A model generated the notes under the pieces. It was not told the origin of the DNA and did no database searches. It was given only the letters and a program-made list of their open reading frames with translations. From assembly GCA_020847715.1 (NCBI GenBank), contig JADLBM010000007.1, positions 8,624-72,623 on the forward strand: a stretch of 64,000 bases of DNA. Reading direction: 5' to 3'. Origin of the DNA: Candidatus Yanofskybacteria bacterium. Its GTDB lineage: Bacteria; Patescibacteriota; Minisyncoccia; 2-02-FULL-40-12; GWA2-44-9. Positions 8,639-18,700 of the stretch are shown piece after piece. Position 1 is the first letter of the stretch. Every line of letters starts with the position of its first letter. The translations under genes were made by a program, and so were the position numbers.

Positions 8639-9208
8639 ATGAAGATTGGCCGTAAAATCTACGTCACCACCGCCGCCCAGTGGCGCGCGTGGCTCACTAA
8701 GAACCACGCGACCGCGCGTGAGGTGTGGCTCGTGTACTACAAGGTCGGAAGCGGGAAACCGCGCATCTCCTACAACGATGCCGTCGAGCAGGCGCTCTGC
8801 TTCGGCTGGATCGACAGCACCGCGAAATCCATCGACGCCCTCCGCTTCGCCCAGCGCTTCTCGCCACGCCAGGACCCCACGAACTGGTCGCAACACAACA
8901 TCGAGCGCATGCACCGCATGATTGCGTCCAAGCAGATGACCCCAGCGGGGTTGGCCGCATTCAAGCACCACACGCCACTCTCAAAAACGAAACGGCTCGT
9001 CCTCGCTCCCGATGTGAAAGCTGCGCTCACCCGAGACCCTGCGGTCTGGCGCGCATTCATGGCATTCCCCGCGTCCTACCGGCGCATCCGTATCGCCGCC
9101 ATCGAACACTATCGGGCACGCGGTGCTGCCGCGTTTACCAAGCGCCTCGCTCACTTCGTCAAAAGAACAAAGGCCGGAAAGCGCATCGGTTTCGGCCACG
9201 GAGAATAA
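8639..9208 (+). CDS. YdeI/OmpD-associated family protein (bacteriocin-protection, PF13376-like)
   Basis: WRAWLTKNHATAREVWLVYYK...ISYNDAVEQALCFGWIDS...FSPRQDPTNWSQHN matches the YdeI family pattern. Confidence 0.7.
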   Translation: MKIGRKIYVTTAAQWRAWLTKNHATAREVWLVYYKVGSGKPRISYNDAVEQALCFGWIDSTAKSIDALRFAQRFSPRQDPTNWSQHNIERMHRMIASKQMTPAGLAAFKHHTPLSKTKRLVLAPDVKAALTRDPAVWRAFMAFPASYRRIRIAAIEHYRARGAAAFTKRLAHFVKRTKAGKRIGFGHGE

Positions 9209-9209
9209 G

Positions 9210-9238
9210 AAACGACCCTGTGAGGGGCCGTTTCTGTA
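9210..9238. terminator. Bidirectional terminator between the YdeI-family gene and rpmG
   Basis: GAAACGACCCTGTGAGGGGCCGTTTC hairpin; T-rich on the minus-strand side. Confidence 0.55.
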
Positions 9239-9240
9239 TG

Positions 9241-9405
9241 CTAGCCAGTGAGCTTCGTTTCCTTGTGCGGCGTGCGCTTCTTGCACTTCGAGCAGAACTT
9301 CATATATTCGAGCTTCCGCTCCACCTTCTTTTTGTTCTTGGTGGTGTAGTAGTTCGCGCTCTTGCACTTCTGGCACTTCATGCGAAGGAGATTGTCTTGA
9401 GACAT
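9241..9405 (-). CDS. rpmG: 50S ribosomal protein L33
   Basis: Not in the ORF track (54 aa). Translation MSQDNLLRMKCQKCKSANYYTTKNKKKVERKLEYMKFCSKCKKRTPHKETKLTG has the L33 C-x2-C...C-x2-C zinc ribbon and conserved YTTTKNK / HKETK. Confidence 0.85.
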   Translation of the reverse strand: MSQDNLLRMKCQKCKSANYYTTKNKKKVERKLEYMKFCSKCKKRTPHKETKLTG

Positions 9406-9523
9406 AGAGGTAGATTAGCCCGCGTACTGTAGCACAAACCGTTCAATTTGTGAAGTCCTTCGTGCCTATGCACTCAGGACACTTTGCCAGCCACCCCCCT
9501 CAACCACGAGGGAGTGGCAACGT

Positions 9524-9596
9524 GAGCCGTTGGTCGGAATCGAACCGACGACCTACTCCTTACCATGGAGTTGCTCTACCATCTGAGCTACAACGG
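9524..9596 (-). tRNA. tRNA-Thr (anticodon GGT)
   Basis: Manual cloverleaf: GCCGTTG acceptor, anticodon loop ATGGTAA, T-loop TTCGATT, 73 nt. Confidence 0.9.
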
Positions 9597-9621
9597 CGCT
9601 GCGTACCAAATCAAGAACCGA

Positions 9622-9705
9622 GTGGGGGCGGTAGGATTCGAACCTACGTAGGCCAAAGGCCGACAGATTTACAGTCTGTTGTGATTGACCACTCCACCAC
9701 ACCCC
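9622..9705 (-). tRNA. tRNA-Tyr (anticodon GTA), class II with long variable arm
   Basis: Manual cloverleaf: GGGGGTG acceptor with a G-U pair, anticodon loop CTGTAAA, variable arm CGGCCTTTGGCC, T-loop TTCGAAT, 84 nt. Confidence 0.9.
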
Positions 9706-9751
9706 CATTTTCAACGCCCAATCTGCTCTCTACTCTGCCGAAACTGCCGGT

Positions 9752-9823
9752 GAGCCGGGGGTCGGGATTGAACCGACGACCTACTGTTTACAAAACAGTT
9801 GCTCTACCACTGAGCTACCCCGG
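9752..9823 (-). tRNA. tRNA-Thr (anticodon TGT)
   Basis: Manual cloverleaf: GCCGGGG acceptor, anticodon loop TTTGTAA, T-loop TTCAATC, 72 nt; promoter TTGATT-16-TATAAT upstream on the minus strand (about 9835-9865). Confidence 0.9.
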
Positions 9824-9876
9824 CCGGCGGATAGCCAGACTATTATACCTCAAAACACCCAGAAATCAAACGCCAC

Positions 9877-10524
9877 CTACTCTCCCTGCGCAACCGCGGC
9901 GGCGGCATCTTTGTCAGCTTGCTCCCGACGGCGACGAGCTCGCTCAAGTCGCTTGGCAAGCTGTTCATCGTCAGGAGTCAACTTGGCTGCCGCCTCCAAC
10001 GCCTCAACGGCATCGGGGTAGTTCTGCAATCGGAGGTACACCCGCGCGAGGTCGCTGTAGAGTTGGGCATCCTTTGGATTCTGAGCGATTGCCACGATGA
10101 GCCGCTGCTCCTCCTGTCGAAGCTGTTCGGGATCGTCCATATCAATCTCATCGGTGTCGGTCTCTTCCTTTGCCTTCTCCAATTCCTGCGCAATCTCAAT
10201 GCGCTCCTGCTGCTTGGCCGTCTCTTGATGCACGCGCCGTACGCTGCGGATAACCTTGTCGGACGCACGATCGAGCGCCGACATCAGCAGGCGCCCACGC
10301 CGGAGGAGCTTCTCGAACTCGACGAGCACCGTGTGCACGTACTGACGCCACGGAATCGTGCTGACCCGCTCCACAACCTCCGGTGCGAAGTCGTGGAAGA
10401 TGGTCGTACCGACCTCGTGCGCTTCGGGCGTTAGCTTGCGCAGGTACGGCATTTTCCGCCATACAATGACGGCCGCCCCGATGAAGGCGACGAAGGCAAG
10501 TGACAGCGGGATGATGAGAAACAC
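9877..10524 (-). CDS. Membrane-anchored hypothetical protein with acidic coiled-coil and TPR-like C-terminus
   Basis: N-terminal TM (MFLIIPLSLAFVAFIGAAVIV), charged helical region; starts 3 nt after the tsf stop, so probably co-transcribed. Confidence 0.55.
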   Translation of the reverse strand: MFLIIPLSLAFVAFIGAAVIVWRKMPYLRKLTPEAHEVGTTIFHDFAPEVVERVSTIPWRQYVHTVLVEFEKLLRRGRLLMSALDRASDKVIRSVRRVHQETAKQQERIEIAQELEKAKEETDTDEIDMDDPEQLRQEEQRLIVAIAQNPKDAQLYSDLARVYLRLQNYPDAVEALEAAAKLTPDDEQLAKRLERARRRREQADKDAAAAVAQGE

Positions 10525-10527
10525 GGC

Positions 10528-10980
10528 TTAGCCGATAACGAGCACCGAAACACCGGCGAGCTGAATATTCTCGCCGAGCTTGGCAATCGCCTGGTTGATG
10601 ACATCCTGTACCGAGAGCGACGGGTCTTTCACGAACGGCTGAGTAAGCATCTCCGCAGCATCCGTAGGACGCATCGCGCTAGCGTGCATTGCCAGATCGC
10701 GCGCGAGTGCTTTGAAGTCGTCGTTGCGCGCAACAAAATCGGTCTCACAGCCGAGCTGGACCATAGCGCCGATCTTCCCCGTGCTGTGTACATAGGAACC
10801 GATGGCGCCGTCCTTGACCTCGCGCTCGGACTTTTTCGCCGCGGCCGCGCCTGCCTGTGAACGCAGCACGTCGAGTGCGCGCTCTTTATCGCCTCCCGCC
10901 TCGTCGAGGGCTTTCTTGATCTTGTCGAATGAGAGTCCGGTCTCGTCGCGAAGCTCCTTGATCAGTTCAACAGTGCTCAT
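10528..10980 (-). CDS. tsf: Translation elongation factor Ts (short, about 150 aa form)
   Basis: MSTVELIKELRDETGLSFDKIKKALDEAGGD...; UBA-like N-terminus and EF-Ts core; ATG at 10980 preferred over the TTG at 10989. Confidence 0.85.
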   Translation of the reverse strand: MSTVELIKELRDETGLSFDKIKKALDEAGGDKERALDVLRSQAGAAAAKKSEREVKDGAIGSYVHSTGKIGAMVQLGCETDFVARNDDFKALARDLAMHASAMRPTDAAEMLTQPFVKDPSLSVQDVINQAIAKLGENIQLAGVSVLVIG

Positions 10981-10998
10981 AGATTCCAATATACACCA

Positions 10999-11697
10999 CT
11001 ACGCCGCCTGCGTCTGCAGATTGTCGCGGATAGCGCCGACGATGAGGTCGACGGACTTCTTGGAGCGGTCGTTCGCCGGAATGACCTGCAAGAGGCCTGC
11101 CGGATTGGCATCGGTATTCGCGATGGAAATAACCTTCACTCCCATCTTCACGGCTTCATGGATTGCGAGCGCTCCCTCCCGAACAGATGCCACGACAACC
11201 AAGTCCGGCATGCGAACAAGCTTCTTCAGCCCTTCGAAGTTGCGCTTCATCTCGATGAGCTCACGGCTCAGCTCAAGCTGCTCCTTCTTGGTGTACTTCT
11301 CCCAGCGTCCTGCGGCTTTGTCTTCCTCGAGCTGGATGAGTCGCTTCACGCGGGTGTTGATGACCTTGAAGTTCGTCAGCGTACCACCCAGCCAGCGATC
11401 CATGACATACGGCATATTCGCCGCATCAGCGAGTGCGCGCATGGATTCCTGCGACTGCTTGGTCGGAGCAACGAACAGCACCAAACCGCCCTCTTGCAGG
11501 GTCTTGTTGAGCGCATCAATGGCGGCACGAAGTGCCGTCTGGGTCTTCAGGAGGTCGATGAGGCAGATGCCGTCACGGACCGAGAACACGTACTGCCCCA
11601 TCTTGGGGTTGAATACGGTGCGCTTGCGGCCGAAGTGCATACCGGCCTGCAGCATATCTTCGTACGGAATCAACAAGTCCTTTTCGCTATCAGTCAT
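10999..11697 (-). CDS. rpsB: 30S ribosomal protein S2
   Basis: MLQAGMHFGRKRTVFNPKM...LVLFVAPTKQ...; canonical S2 sequence; upstream of tsf as usual. Confidence 0.95.
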   Translation of the reverse strand: MTDSEKDLLIPYEDMLQAGMHFGRKRTVFNPKMGQYVFSVRDGICLIDLLKTQTALRAAIDALNKTLQEGGLVLFVAPTKQSQESMRALADAANMPYVMDRWLGGTLTNFKVINTRVKRLIQLEEDKAAGRWEKYTKKEQLELSRELIEMKRNFEGLKKLVRMPDLVVVASVREGALAIHEAVKMGVKVISIANTDANPAGLLQVIPANDRSKKSVDLIVGAIRDNLQTQAA

Positions 11698-11840
11698 ATG
11701 GGTCGTGCTCGGTGCCGTGCACTATCTGGCGCGTCTCTGGTCCCAGGGGGCCCACACGCCGCACTACCGAACAAATCAATTATTACGCCGGAATAGCATA
11801 GCAAAAGAAGTGGGACTTGGCAATCCCCACGCCCCAACCG

Positions 11841-12818
11841 CTAATCCCGATCCTGAGACGGTTTTGTAGCGCATTCCAGCGGGTAGAGCTGGAATCGCTC
11901 GATATCGACGCTCCCACCGGACTGCGAGCTCACCCACCCGAGCGCAACACCGTAGATTCTGCGCTCCTTCACGGGAACCGTGCTCGTCGGGACACTCACC
12001 CGTACCCACGATTGGCCATCGGCCCGCATGTACATGTTCCCCGCGGGAGTCACATACCAATCGATGTCGACCATGCGGTCAGGCCACTGGAGCGGCTGGC
12101 CCAGCGGGAACACCTGTGTGTTCCCTACGTTGAGATTATCATGGTGGTACGCCGCCCCTCCAAAGACCGGATACGGCGGCGGAGTGACACCGATAGGATT
12201 CTGCCGTGCGGTCGCGCCGACTGTGAGATCCCGCGTCCATGTTCCATCGGCAGGCCATTGCGACGAATTGTACCCTCCAACCAGCATGACTGGCGCATTC
12301 GCGGAACACCCCGAACATGTGAAATACGGCTCAACCTTGAACAGATTTGCGCGCATACGCCCCGCGAATGCGGTTATTGGCTGAGCGAACCGCTTCATAA
12401 GCACCCGCTCGTAGGTGTGCTCCCCTGCAGGACCACCCGTTACCCGAAGCGCCCATGACCGCGAGAATGAGAACCAGTTGCGAGACGACGAGAGCGGAAC
12501 GAGGGAAAGATATTCGCCGTTGCGGATATCAGGCAACACCCCGCCCGCGGTCAAATCGGTGCCGTTCCGCCATCGTGCGCTCAGGAGCATCGGACACGAG
12601 AACGGCGCTCGGCAGACCTCTTCAGTCGAACAGAACATGCCGGAAGGACACGCCGCATCACTGGAGCACTGAATATCCACGAGAGCAGTGCTCGCGCTCC
12701 CCTGCGAGAAGCCAATGTCGTCATGCCTCCAGAGCACCGCGCCAAATACAACCGACACCAGCAGGAGGACACCTCCTGACCGGAGCGACCACAGGGCCAT
12801 CCAGCGCATGCGCTTCAT
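11841..12818 (-). CDS. Secreted hypothetical protein (signal peptide, Cys-rich N-terminal region)
   Basis: Start placed at [29 protein letters not shown] (signal/TM); no recognised domain. Confidence 0.5.
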   Translation of the reverse strand: MKRMRWMALWSLRSGGVLLLVSVVFGAVLWRHDDIGFSQGSASTALVDIQCSSDAACPSGMFCSTEEVCRAPFSCPMLLSARWRNGTDLTAGGVLPDIRNGEYLSLVPLSSSRNWFSFSRSWALRVTGGPAGEHTYERVLMKRFAQPITAFAGRMRANLFKVEPYFTCSGCSANAPVMLVGGYNSSQWPADGTWTRDLTVGATARQNPIGVTPPPYPVFGGAAYHHDNLNVGNTQVFPLGQPLQWPDRMVDIDWYVTPAGNMYMRADGQSWVRVSVPTSTVPVKERRIYGVALGWVSSQSGGSVDIERFQLYPLECATKPSQDRD

Positions 12819-12910
12819 ATGCCCCCAGTGTACCACACCGTCTGAGCCGGCCGCCCGCTCCCCTGTGGAATCTGGACAAAGAAGCCCCAAACTGCTATAC
12901 TGCAAGAACT

Positions 12911-13132
12911 ATGAAAGCCGATATCCACCCCGTCTATCACGACAAGGCAAAGATCTCCTGCGCATGCGGGAACAGCTTTACCGTGGGCAGCACCCAGGAA
13001 AAGCTCGATGTCAGCATCTGCTCCGCGTGCCACCCGTTCTACACCGGCACCGAAAAAATCGTCGACACCCGCGGTCGCGTTGACCGCTTCAAGAAGCGCC
13101 TCGCAAAGAGCGCTGGTACCCCGAAAAAGTAA
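12911..13132 (+). CDS. rpmE: 50S ribosomal protein L31
   Basis: [46 protein letters not shown]; the listed 225-aa ORF's N-terminal extension is antisense to the neighbouring gene. Confidence 0.9.
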   Translation: MKADIHPVYHDKAKISCACGNSFTVGSTQEKLDVSICSACHPFYTGTEKIVDTRGRVDRFKKRLAKSAGTPKK

Positions 13133-13174
13133 CGGCACGAGCCGCCGCGAGGCGGCTTTTGCATTGTCTCCGTC

Positions 13175-14017
13175 ATGTCGGACAACCACAACGACAATCA
13201 GGTCCACGACTGGCGCTACTGGGCCGAAATGGGAAAGAAGCAGAAGGCCGCCGAAGGAGGCTCTACCGCCCCCGGCAATGAGGCCATCGTTGAAATCCGA
13301 CCCGGCGCCGGCGGTGATGAGGCGGCGCTGTTCGCCATGGAGTTGTACCAGATGTACTGCAAGTATGCGGCGCTCAAGGGATGGCGCACCTCGACCATCG
13401 ACTCCAATGAAACATCCCTCGGCGGATTGAAGTACATTTCATTCGAGATGTCCGGCGCCGGAGCCTACGACGCCATGAAGAACGAATCGGGCGTACACCG
13501 TGTCCAGCGCGTCCCCGACACTGAAAAATCCGGCCGCGTCCATACCAGCACCGTTACGGTCGCAGTCCTCAAGAAAGCAACCGAGCAGGAAGTAAACATC
13601 AACCCCAACGATATCGAGGTCACCTTCTCGCGCGCAGGCGGCCCGGGCGGCCAGAATGTGAACAAGGTGGAAACTGCCGTCCGCGTCCATCACAAGCCCA
13701 GCGGCATCGTGATTTCCGCACGCGAAGAGCGCTCCCAGCTGGCGAACCGCGAACGAGCCATGGAAGTGCTCCGCACCAAGCTCGCAGAGCTCCACCGCCT
13801 CGAGCAGACTGGCAATGTCACCGAAGAGCGGCGCAAGCAGGTTGGCACGGGCGACCGGAGTGAGAAGATTCGTACCTACAACTTCCCACAGGACCGTATC
13901 ACCGACCATCGTATCAAGGAGAGCTGGAGCAACATCCCGAAGATCCTCAACGGAGATTTCGACCGCATTGTGGTTGCCTTGCAGGAAGGCCTGAAGGATG
14001 GTAGTACGGCTGCATGA
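13175..14017 (+). CDS. prfA: Peptide chain release factor 1 (short N-terminus, 280 aa)
   Basis: GGQ motif ([12 protein letters not shown]) and RF1-type tripeptide region [18 protein letters not shown] (PxT, not SPF). Confidence 0.8.
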   Translation: MSDNHNDNQVHDWRYWAEMGKKQKAAEGGSTAPGNEAIVEIRPGAGGDEAALFAMELYQMYCKYAALKGWRTSTIDSNETSLGGLKYISFEMSGAGAYDAMKNESGVHRVQRVPDTEKSGRVHTSTVTVAVLKKATEQEVNINPNDIEVTFSRAGGPGGQNVNKVETAVRVHHKPSGIVISAREERSQLANRERAMEVLRTKLAELHRLEQTGNVTEERRKQVGTGDRSEKIRTYNFPQDRITDHRIKESWSNIPKILNGDFDRIVVALQEGLKDGSTAA

Positions 14018-14529
14018 CCAGTCAGCCGCCGCTCCTCGATCCCATCGGCCCAGCACTTCCGGGTCCACTCTTCACTCCCCGCCCCGGATGGGGCGGCAAG
14101 CTTCGCATCTGGTTCTCGGAACACGCATACCTTCTCGTATTCCGCCTCGTCGTCGTGTGCGCCCTCGTCCTCATTGTGCGTTCGTTCTGGGTAGCGCGCA
14201 CCCCGCAGGAGGCGGAGCGTTCTCCAGTACCCCGCGCACCCGTGGAGAGCGTTTTCGTACTGACCGCCCAATCCGGTGACGGCATCACCACACTCGCTGC
14301 TCATGCCATCGACCTCCGTCTCGCCGCAGGACCGGCGGCGCTCCGCTTAGACGGCGCCCAGCATCTCTTCGCCGTCGACTCGCTTGCCCGCCTCGCTGGA
14401 TGGGCACCGCTCTCCGTTGGCCAAGAAGTCCGCTTCGAATCGTCCGACATCACCACCACTATCCTCCACGCACTCACCCTCCCTCCACACCAGCACGCCG
14501 CATGGGAGCGCGTACTCCGCACGCGTTGA
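14014..14529 (+). CDS. Hypothetical membrane-anchored protein
   Basis: ATGA overlap with the prfA stop (translational coupling); one TM ([16 protein letters not shown]); no domain recognised. Confidence 0.45.
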   Translation: MTSQPPLLDPIGPALPGPLFTPRPGWGGKLRIWFSEHAYLLVFRLVVVCALVLIVRSFWVARTPQEAERSPVPRAPVESVFVLTAQSGDGITTLAAHAIDLRLAAGPAALRLDGAQHLFAVDSLARLAGWAPLSVGQEVRFESSDITTTILHALTLPPHQHAAWERVLRTR

Positions 14530-14577
14530 CGCTATTAAGTAGAAGTGGTACGTTCAGCCTCTCTCAGGAGGACGTAG

Positions 14578-14895
14578 ATGAAACGAGTCGCGCTTATTGC
14601 CAAGATTACCAGCGGCGATGCCGAGGCGGAGACACCTCTCCCGAACAAGGTGGAGGTCCTCTACTGCGGAGCATGCAACGGCCGCATTCGGCTGAGCAGC
14701 AGCCAGCGCCGCTTCTGCCCTACGTGCGGGACGAGCGATGACGGCGCACCGGTGAAGCTGGTCCTGTGTTGTGACGAATGCAAAAAGCCGCTCGCGGCCC
14801 TCAACGGAGGCGGATACCACTGCCTCTCCTGCAACTTCTCACCGTCCATGCAGGATCTCTGCTTCGAACACATCGAAAAGGTCACGTTCTCGTAG
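14578..14895 (+). CDS. Cys-rich zinc-ribbon protein (paired CxxC motifs)
   Basis: AGGAGG Shine-Dalgarno 7 nt upstream; CGAC...CPTC...CCDEC...CLSC pairs. Confidence 0.55.
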   Translation: MKRVALIAKITSGDAEAETPLPNKVEVLYCGACNGRIRLSSSQRRFCPTCGTSDDGAPVKLVLCCDECKKPLAALNGGGYHCLSCNFSPSMQDLCFEHIEKVTFS

Positions 14896-14904
14896 CAAGC
14901 AAGC

Positions 14905-14963
14905 CCACCTCGGTGGGCTCTTTTTATAGCAACAACCCCGCAGATGCGGGGTTGTTGGTTGAG
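14905..14963. terminator. Convergent terminator region (two hairpins)
   Basis: AGCCCACCTCGGTGGGCT + CTTTTTAT on the + strand; CAACAACCCCGC-AGAT-GCGGGGTTGTTG, a 12-bp perfect stem, adjacent to the rplY stop. Confidence 0.6.
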
Positions 14964-14971
14964 TACAGAGA

Positions 14972-15691
14972 CTACTCCTTCGCCTCGGCGGGAGCGGCTT
15001 CGGCTCCTTCCTCGCCCTCCTCGGTAGGCTTCTCTTCCTTCTTGATTTCCTCCACGGCCGACACATCGGTGGTGGGGGCAGCGAGTTCGGCTTCGAGTTC
15101 GGCTTCGGACTTCGGCTCCTGAACGGTTGCGACAATCTCATCGGCACCGCCGACGAGGACCGCATCGTTGACCTTCACATCACCGAGCGTAATCTGATCG
15201 CCAAAGCTCTTCAGCGAGCTGATGTCGACGGTAATCTCATGCGGAAGATTCTGCGGGAGCGCCTCTACTTCAAGCTCGTTCACATTACGAACGAAGATGC
15301 CCTTGAGTTCCTTGACTGCGGGGCTTTCACCAACGAACACGACCGGCACCATCGCCTTAATCTTCTCGGTGAGAGACACCTTGTAGAAGTCGGCATGGAG
15401 CGCGGAGCCGGAGAGCGCGTCGCGCGCGACATCCTTGATGATGGTCGGGTAGGACTTACCGCCGACATTCAGGTAGACCAGCGTGGATTCTCCCGCCTTG
15501 CGGAAAATACCGTCGAACTCCTTGAGCGGAACCTGAAGATTCATGGCTTCCTGCCCTTTTCCATACAGTACTGCCGGCATAACACCGGTGGAGCGAAGGT
15601 TGCGAACGGCGCTTCCCACGACTTCACGGGTCGTGGCTTCGAGCTCTAGTTTCGTTGCGGTTGTGTGCTTGGTCATAGGAGAAATAGTCAT
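14972..15691 (-). CDS. rplY: 50S ribosomal protein L25 / general stress protein Ctc, with Glu/Ala-rich C-terminal tail
   Basis: KLELEATTREVVGSAVRNLRSTGVMPAVLYGKG...; L25/Ctc family; alternative start at 15676. Confidence 0.85.
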   Translation of the reverse strand: MTISPMTKHTTATKLELEATTREVVGSAVRNLRSTGVMPAVLYGKGQEAMNLQVPLKEFDGIFRKAGESTLVYLNVGGKSYPTIIKDVARDALSGSALHADFYKVSLTEKIKAMVPVVFVGESPAVKELKGIFVRNVNELEVEALPQNLPHEITVDISSLKSFGDQITLGDVKVNDAVLVGGADEIVATVQEPKSEAELEAELAAPTTDVSAVEEIKKEEKPTEEGEEGAEAAPAEAKE

Positions 15692-15762
15692 GCCAGTGTA
15701 CCACGGAACCGAAAAAACGCAATACCCCGCCCGACACGCGGGCGGGGTAGCGTCAGACTAGC

Positions 15763-18700
15763 TTAGCGCTCGTCCTGAGAGCGGCGGAAGAACCACCACC
15801 AGATAAGAATCGCCAGCAGAATGAGAAGCAGAATCCACCACGGGAACGACACGCCGAAGAGCTGACCGATGGCCGCAACTTGGTTATTGCCGGAACCATC
15901 ATCAACGGCCGATGGCGTGGGAGTTGCCGATGCTGACGAGGTACCCCCAAGTTCATCGCCTGCCAGGCCGCCGAGCGTTGCATCGTTCACTCCACCGCCC
16001 TGGCCACCTCGGCCGCCACCGGTCGGAGGAACGGGGGTCGGAGTCGAGCCGCCGCCAGTCGAGCCGCTCTGGCCACCGGAAGGGGGCGGGGTTGTCGTCG
16101 GTGTCGGGGTCGGGCTGTAGATAATGCCGCCACCGCCTCCACCGCCACCATTATCAGAACCAAGTGATGTATTCGTCGGCGTAGGACTCGGCGAAGGCGA
16201 CCCCTCAATATCCCCATCATCACTGTGGTAGGTGTTGGTAATCGTGCAGGTTGCTTCGTCGCCCGATGAGAGCGAGACGCCGCCCTGCCAGCACGCCTCA
16301 TCATACGATGCGACATAGCTCGCAAGATTCGGCGACTCGGTGATGTCGTGATCACCGGCCGCAATCGTGTACCACTGGTTGTGGGTCACCAGCATGCTGT
16401 CGACGTAGAGCGAAAAGTCGGACGAGGCGAGCTCACCGAACGCGCCGTTCACAACAACCTTCCGAACGCGGAGGAGCGGAGAGACCTCCCCTTCGCCGTC
16501 ACACCATCCTGCGGACTCGTCATGAGATGCCGATGTCTGGAACGGAATGGTCGAACCGTATTCATCTCCCGACGGAACCGTCGCCTGTACCATCAGCTGC
16601 TCACCCGGATGTTCACCGGTCTCAATGTAGACCGACTCACCCGCCGGAACGATACCGTATCCGCTCTCGCCGGGACCCGAGCTGATGGTCCAGTCGAAGG
16701 CCAGCGGGAAATCGTTCGGATTGTAGATGCGCCAGCGCCAGGTCCCTTCCACATCGTTACTGCAGACCGAGCTCACTTCCAAGTACTGCGTCGGAATGAC
16801 CTCTGTGCTGTGGTTCCCAAAGTCTAAGCCGCTCACCGGCTGACCCTCCGGCACCACCGAATGACACCCCGGAGCCGCAGGGTAGGTCTGCACCCAGCCC
16901 TCCTGCTGCGCCTCGCAGACGAGCACCTCCTGCGTTGCGCTTGAGATATCAATGGAGTAGTTGCCGTAGCCATCTGTCGTGTCAGTACCAATGAAGCGGT
17001 AGAGCTTCACGGTCAGCGAGCCATAGTTGTCGCCATACCAGCTCGGGTTGACCGTATTGCTCGCCGCATCACCGTCGAAGATGCGGAAGTTCACAGTTCC
17101 TCCCGACGAAGTGAATGTACGCGCGTAGGCGTGGCTATCGGTGTATGCACCCCAATCGCCGAACTGCTGGGCAATCTGGAGCTCGAGGATGCCATCACCG
17201 TAGCCCGTGAAGCCGTCCATATGCGATGCCCACGTGTCTTCGGTCGAGTACTCGGTATCCACGAGGTTGAGCGGCGAACGGCGATTCTCCCAAGTGCCCG
17301 TCGCAACTGCGAGGTACTCGCCCGCAGGAAGCTCGGAGCTGTTGATGCCTGCGGGGTCAGATGACGGAACCGTCAATGTTTCAACATACTCGTAGGCGTT
17401 GATGGTCCAGTCCGCCAATCCGGCATCCTCCTCACCCTTCTGTCCGTCGCCGTTGTGGTCGCTGAACTTCTGGCCGGAAACCGTTGGCGACGGTGTCGGC
17501 ACCGGATCCGGACCGTCGTTCACGATGGTGAAGGTCTCCTGCGAGCTTTCCACCGCAACCGATGTGAGGCCGCTCATATTCGTCCATCCGTCCTGTTGAA
17601 CCTCATCCACCGTGTAGTTTCCCAACGGAACGCCCTCGAAGGTCGCGCACCCGTTCTCACCGCCGGTCGTACCGAGGTAGCCGGGGTAAATATCAACGGT
17701 AAGACTACCTTCGTTGTTCTGTGGGTATACATCGTTCAGCGTGAATGCCACCGCACTTCCCGTACCCGTGAACGGGATGGCGTAGGTGTGCCCGCTGAAG
17801 TAGGAACCCCAGTCGGGTGAAGCGCCGTTGACCTGCAGGTCAAGCAGCTCCGCTCCATAACTCTCATAGTTCTGTACCAGGTCGGTCCATGTCGTGTTCG
17901 GCGCGCGCACTGAGTACTTCGCATCCGCAGTGATGCCATCGTTCGCCCAGTAGGTGCCGTGCGCAACGAGCACATACGACTCGCCGCTCGTGAGCGCCGT
18001 CGAAGAGGAGACCGCAATCGGAGTGCCGCTTCCGCTGTACGCGGGCACGGTGACGGTTTCCAGTTTCTTGCCCAGTAGCATGACGCGCCATCCGGCCTGC
18101 GGGACTTCATCTTCATCCAACTTACATACATTCACGGTTGCCGCGATGGGGTCAGGACCGTCGTTCACGATGGTAAAGGTCTCCTGCGCATCGTCCACGG
18201 TCGCCTCGCCAAGACCGCTCACATTGACCCAGCCATCCTGCTGGATTTCGTCAACCGTGTAGCCGCCTCGAGGAACATTGTTGAACACCGCACATCCATT
18301 CTCGCCGCCGGTCGTGCCGAGGTGACCCTCATAGATATCAACGGTCAGCATCCCGCTATTGTCGCCGTAGGCACTATCGAGGATGCGGAAGTCTACCGGA
18401 CCACCGGCCGTCGTATACGCCTGCGCATAGCGGTGGTTCGTGTTAAAGATATCGCCCCAGTTGTGCACGGTCTGCCCACCTACCAGCAAGCTCAAGTATC
18501 CCGTCCACGGAGCGGCAAAGGTGTTGCCGTTCGCCCACGGCGCGTAGGCGCCAAGCGTGTTGCCGGTGTAGTATCCGGTCTCTCCCGCCTGCCGCTTCGA
18601 GAACGCCGCATCAGCGTCGGTCGCATTCGGATCGCTCGGGCGATACGAATAGGTGCCGTTCGCGATGAAGACATAACTCCCCGATGCGAGCGAGTCCGAC

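Noticed and set aside
10802-11869. 355-aa + strand ORF overlapping rpsB/tsf
   Set aside because: Ser/Ala/Arg-rich antisense artefact; rpsB and tsf on the minus strand are unambiguous.
12455-12910. N-terminal 150-aa extension of the rpmE ORF
   Set aside because: The extension is antisense to the secreted-protein gene and Arg/Ser-rich; L31 clearly begins at MKADIHPVY (12911).
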